From Candidatus Daviesbacteria bacterium (lineage in GTDB: Bacteria; Patescibacteriota; Microgenomatia; Daviesbacterales; UBA10151): a stretch of DNA of 64,000 nucleotides. The position numbers and the translations under genes are program-made. Position 1 is the stretch's first letter; each line of letters starts with the position of its first letter. The notes under the pieces were generated by a model that saw nothing but the letters and a program-made list of their open reading frames with translations, was not told the origin of the DNA and ran no database searches. This document shows, piece by piece, positions 60,983 to 64,000 of this stretch. The stretch lies in assembly GCA_016186955.1 (NCBI GenBank), contig JACPKP010000003.1:130290-194289 (forward strand), written 5' to 3'.

Positions 60983-61054
60983 AGCCGATGACGGGAATCG
61001 AACCCGTGGCCCCGTTCTTACCAAGAACGTGCTCTGCCACTGAGCCACACCGGC
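60983..61054 (-). tRNA. tRNA-Thr(GGT)
   Basis: GCCGGTG/CATCGGC acceptor, CGTTC-TTGGTAA-GAACG, TTCGATT. Confidence 0.95.
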
Positions 61055-61110
61055 ACAAACTTAAGTTATTTTAACAGAGCTTGGGATTATTTTAAATCTT
61101 TTGAAAAAAG

Positions 61111-62385
61111 TTAAGAAGTAATTTTCCAGCGTTCTACTTTTACTTTAACCTTTTCCAGAGGAGGAAGTTGTTCAAGTTTTAAATCCAGCATATTGGCGGG
61201 CGGATAAAGCGGGGCGCGCTTTTTTTGGTCAATGCCAAATTTATCCAGGATTTTAAGCTGGATATGGGCTGTTCCTTCGTAGATCCTACCCACCAGTGCA
61301 TCCTGGACAATTTGCCCGATCCTCATATCCTTTATATAACCGATCCCCCCATGTAAAAGCATTGCATCTTCCGCCACCCGGACTGATGTTTCACAGGCAA
61401 TTAGTTTTGCCAGCGATGCCCAGACAAAAAAATTTGGGTCTTTTGCATCTTCGTGCCGCGCAGCCTTCCCGGTTAAAAACCTGGATAGTTCAACCTGCCT
61501 TGTTAAAACTGCAAGATGGTTTGACCAGCCCTCAATGTCTTTCAGGTACTTGCCAGACTGCTGCCTTTTTTCCCCGTAAATTTGGGCCTCATCTATGGCG
61601 CTTTGGGCTATACCGACATTTTGTGCGGCAATTTGAACCCTGGAGTGGGCTAGGGTTCCTGCAATGACTGTATCAAAACCCTTGTTTTCCTCATTCATCA
61701 AACCGGAAACAGGCACAAAAAGATCATCAAACACGACTTCACAAAGCACTGATCCTGGTTGGCCCACTTTATCGTAGATTATAGGAACACTGACTCCGGG
61801 TCTGTTTTTAATCTCAGCCACAAAGGCTGAAATTGAATTTCCCCGCAGCTGTGCAGGCCCGGTTCTGGCATCAAATACGCAGATGTCCGCTCCCGAGGCG
61901 CTGGTGATAAACCTTTTGCTGCCCCTGATCAGAAAATCCTCACCATCCCTGACAGCCTTCATCTCAATGGCTTTGGCATCTGAGCCGACGTTAGGTTCAG
62001 TGATGGCAAAACAGCCGAAGATTTCGCCTGCAGCCATTCTTGGCAGGTATTTTTGCTTTTGCTCCTCAGTGCCAAACCTTGCGATCGGAAATGCTGCCAG
62101 TGAATTTGCCACTAATACTGAAAGCCCCAGTCCCGCATGGGCCCTGGAAAACCCCTCAGTGATAGCAGCCTGCATTTGAGCTGACATCCCGCTGCCCCCG
62201 TAAACTTCTGGAATATCCATGCCTAAATATCCTAAAGGAGCTATATATTGTAAAAAATCTTTGGGGAATTCCTTGGGATTTTGGTTAGCATGAGTAGCAA
62301 ATCCATTAAATTTTTCACCCCGGGTCAGGTCCCTGGTGTATCTGGCAAATTCTTCAATCTCCCCTTGAGTTATTGTTTCAGGCAC
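61111..62385 (-). CDS. Acyl-CoA dehydrogenase
   Basis: PEVYGG.G, FAITEPNVGSD, G.K.FIT, HGGIGY, IYEGT. Confidence 0.93.
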   Translation of the reverse strand: MPETITQGEIEEFARYTRDLTRGEKFNGFATHANQNPKEFPKDFLQYIAPLGYLGMDIPEVYGGSGMSAQMQAAITEGFSRAHAGLGLSVLVANSLAAFPIARFGTEEQKQKYLPRMAAGEIFGCFAITEPNVGSDAKAIEMKAVRDGEDFLIRGSKRFITSASGADICVFDARTGPAQLRGNSISAFVAEIKNRPGVSVPIIYDKVGQPGSVLCEVVFDDLFVPVSGLMNEENKGFDTVIAGTLAHSRVQIAAQNVGIAQSAIDEAQIYGEKRQQSGKYLKDIEGWSNHLAVLTRQVELSRFLTGKAARHEDAKDPNFFVWASLAKLIACETSVRVAEDAMLLHGGIGYIKDMRIGQIVQDALVGRIYEGTAHIQLKILDKFGIDQKKRAPLYPPANMLDLKLEQLPPLEKVKVKVERWKITS

Positions 62386-62433
62386 TAAAGGGAGTATATA
62401 GCTCCAGTTTTTAAAAAGTCAATGGAGTGTTGT

Positions 62434-62576
62434 GTAGTTGTTCAGGAGTTGTCAAAACTTTGTCATCCTGAGCGTAGCGAAGGATCTCTCGCGAATGCGA
62501 GTATTTCTGAAACAAGTTCAGAGATTCCTCGTTACACTCGGAATGACAGTTTCTTTGTTAAATCCTGAACGGTTAC
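62434..62576. mobile_element. MITE with terminal inverted repeats and 8-bp target-site duplication
   Basis: GTAGTTGTTCAGGA...TCCTGAACGGTTAC flanked by AGTGTTGT on both sides; internal GTCATCCTGAG...CTCGGAATGAC core. Confidence 0.8.
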
Positions 62577-62616
62577 AGTGTTGTAGGTGAGCCGAACCCG
62601 TCAAGTCGGGATTGGG

Positions 62617-62687
62617 AGCCCCCTAACAGAATCGAACTGTTGTCGACGGTTTACAAAACCGCTGCTTTGCCACTAAGCTAAGGAGGC
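62617..62687 (-). tRNA. tRNA-Thr(TGT)
   Basis: GCCTCCT/AGGGGGC acceptor, GCGGT-TTTGTAA-ACCGT, AACAG-TTCGATT-CTGTT. Confidence 0.92.
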
Positions 62688-62754
62688 GCGTGCTGGGCTA
62701 TCTCGGCGCTCACACTAAATTTTACGAAAATTTAAGTGAAAAATCCAGGATTGG

Positions 62755-63921
62755 TTAAAACGAACGCAGTGTTTCAAGAATATTATCAAATGTTTCAAAT
62801 CCGGCGTCCTGCATACATTCGGTATAGCTGATTGCATCCTGGATTTCTTCTGAAGCGTCTCTACCGGCTAGGTGATAAATTCTTGCTTGTGCCAAAATTA
62901 AGCCTATCTGTGCTTTTCCAGAGTCTTCGTCCTGTTTTTGGTTGATTAATGCCTCAGCAGCATCCCTATATTCAGCAGCGTCTTCGGAATAATCTTTTTT
63001 CGAGAGCATATCTAAAACCAACCGGTTTCTTAATTTTGCCAGCTCACCTGTTTCATTAAACCCCAAAACTTTTGCCATATCATCTAGTTTTTTCTCTTTG
63101 AAACTCCAGCGGGTAATAGTTTCCCGTTTTTGGTTAAGATATGCCAGGGTTAAGACGGTGGCATCTTCAGCAGCTTGTCCGCCCTCTTCTGAATCTCCTA
63201 TCTCAAACCGCCACTCGCCAACCCTAGAGCTTTCCCTAAGGTTGACCGGTTTCTTAAAAGGTTCATTCAGCCTAATTTTACCAATATTTATTGCGAAAAG
63301 AGATTGGTATGTTTTTAAGTTGATAACCCGGGCTGTTTTGCCATTTTTGGCAGGAGGCCCAATAAGCTGTATTAAGTGTTCTATATCTAATAAATTATGC
63401 AATACTTTAAATTCAGGAAAGGCCTCGTTAAATTTTGCAAGCAACAATTCAGCTACTCTTTGTGTATTCTCCCTTCCTTCGAGCAGTTTTGTTAAAAGTT
63501 CCGCGAAATAACCCTCTTCTTCCAGTTGGAGCAAAATTTGAGCAACTTTATTGTAACCGCCTAATCGCAGTGCGGATTTATCAAATTTACTGCCGTGACG
63601 GATTTCATCTTTAAGTTCTCCTTTAACCCCCGGACTTTTTTGTAACAGGTCAATTGCAGTTGCCCATGCGGTTGGTTCTTGACTCAAAGTAACCCCAATA
63701 TACATTCTTTCTGAAGGTTCATAAGTTAAGTCCTGGATTGCAAAAGTTGCGAAACCCCGGCCCAGGGGTGTATCAACAGGTTTTTCATAGGTTCTATACC
63801 AGGTGGTAGGTTTTTCAAAAGGGTTGCGGGTATAGCCCAAAGTTTTTGCCAATTCACCCGATGATTTAATAATTTTCCGGGGTTTTTCTGCCGGACTTTG
63901 ATTTTCCTGTTCTGTAGGCAT
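62755..63921 (-). CDS. Hypothetical protein
   Basis: 388-aa ORF, TGGTATAAT 6 nt upstream of ATG. Confidence 0.65.
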   Translation of the reverse strand: MPTEQENQSPAEKPRKIIKSSGELAKTLGYTRNPFEKPTTWYRTYEKPVDTPLGRGFATFAIQDLTYEPSERMYIGVTLSQEPTAWATAIDLLQKSPGVKGELKDEIRHGSKFDKSALRLGGYNKVAQILLQLEEEGYFAELLTKLLEGRENTQRVAELLLAKFNEAFPEFKVLHNLLDIEHLIQLIGPPAKNGKTARVINLKTYQSLFAINIGKIRLNEPFKKPVNLRESSRVGEWRFEIGDSEEGGQAAEDATVLTLAYLNQKRETITRWSFKEKKLDDMAKVLGFNETGELAKLRNRLVLDMLSKKDYSEDAAEYRDAAEALINQKQDEDSGKAQIGLILAQARIYHLAGRDASEEIQDAISYTECMQDAGFETFDNILETLRSF

Positions 63922-64000
63922 ATTTTAATTATACCACAAAATGAAGTTATAGGATGAGCATGTTGTTGACAGAGGGAAAAATATGGTGTAAGCTCGCGGC

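Noticed and set aside
60809-60991. 60-aa + strand ORF
   Set aside because: Runs into the att-like duplicate and the tRNA; probably a truncated remnant with no recognisable product

Overview
Bacterial chromosome window. Gene content (giant surface proteins, comEA/comEC, pilin, GH1, little central metabolism, pervasive short palindromic repeats) suggests Patescibacteria/CPR, probably Microgenomates; this taxonomy is an inference. Standard genetic code 11. Left end: two translationally coupled giant minus-strand genes, a 2667-aa protein (tandem MerR-type HTH, TM helix, Ser/Thr/Gly-rich stalk, autochaperone-like domain) and a DUF2341/LamG protein. Their junction hides, antisense, a D-arm-reduced tRNA-Glu-like RNA and a promoter/terminator-bounded sRNA complementary to its anticodon arm. 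After leuS comes the most striking locus: an atp-like operon (c-like, b, delta, alpha, gamma, beta, short epsilon) with no subunit a. Its c-like subunit lacks the ion-carrying carboxylate and is fused to an exported domain resembling the C-terminal domain of the giant protein. It is followed by a SprT-like gene, comEA and comEC. The rest holds argS, mreB, cell-surface sugar genes and the dispersed tRNA-Thr/rpmG/tRNA-Trp/secE/nusG/rplKAJL cluster, interleaved with accessory genes (RAYT flanked by REPs, ABC exporter, Erm-like methyltransferase, TA modules, acyl-CoA dehydrogenase). Several palindromic/MITE repeat families occur, some translated in frame inside argS and rplA. All calls come from reading motifs by eye; no searches were run.
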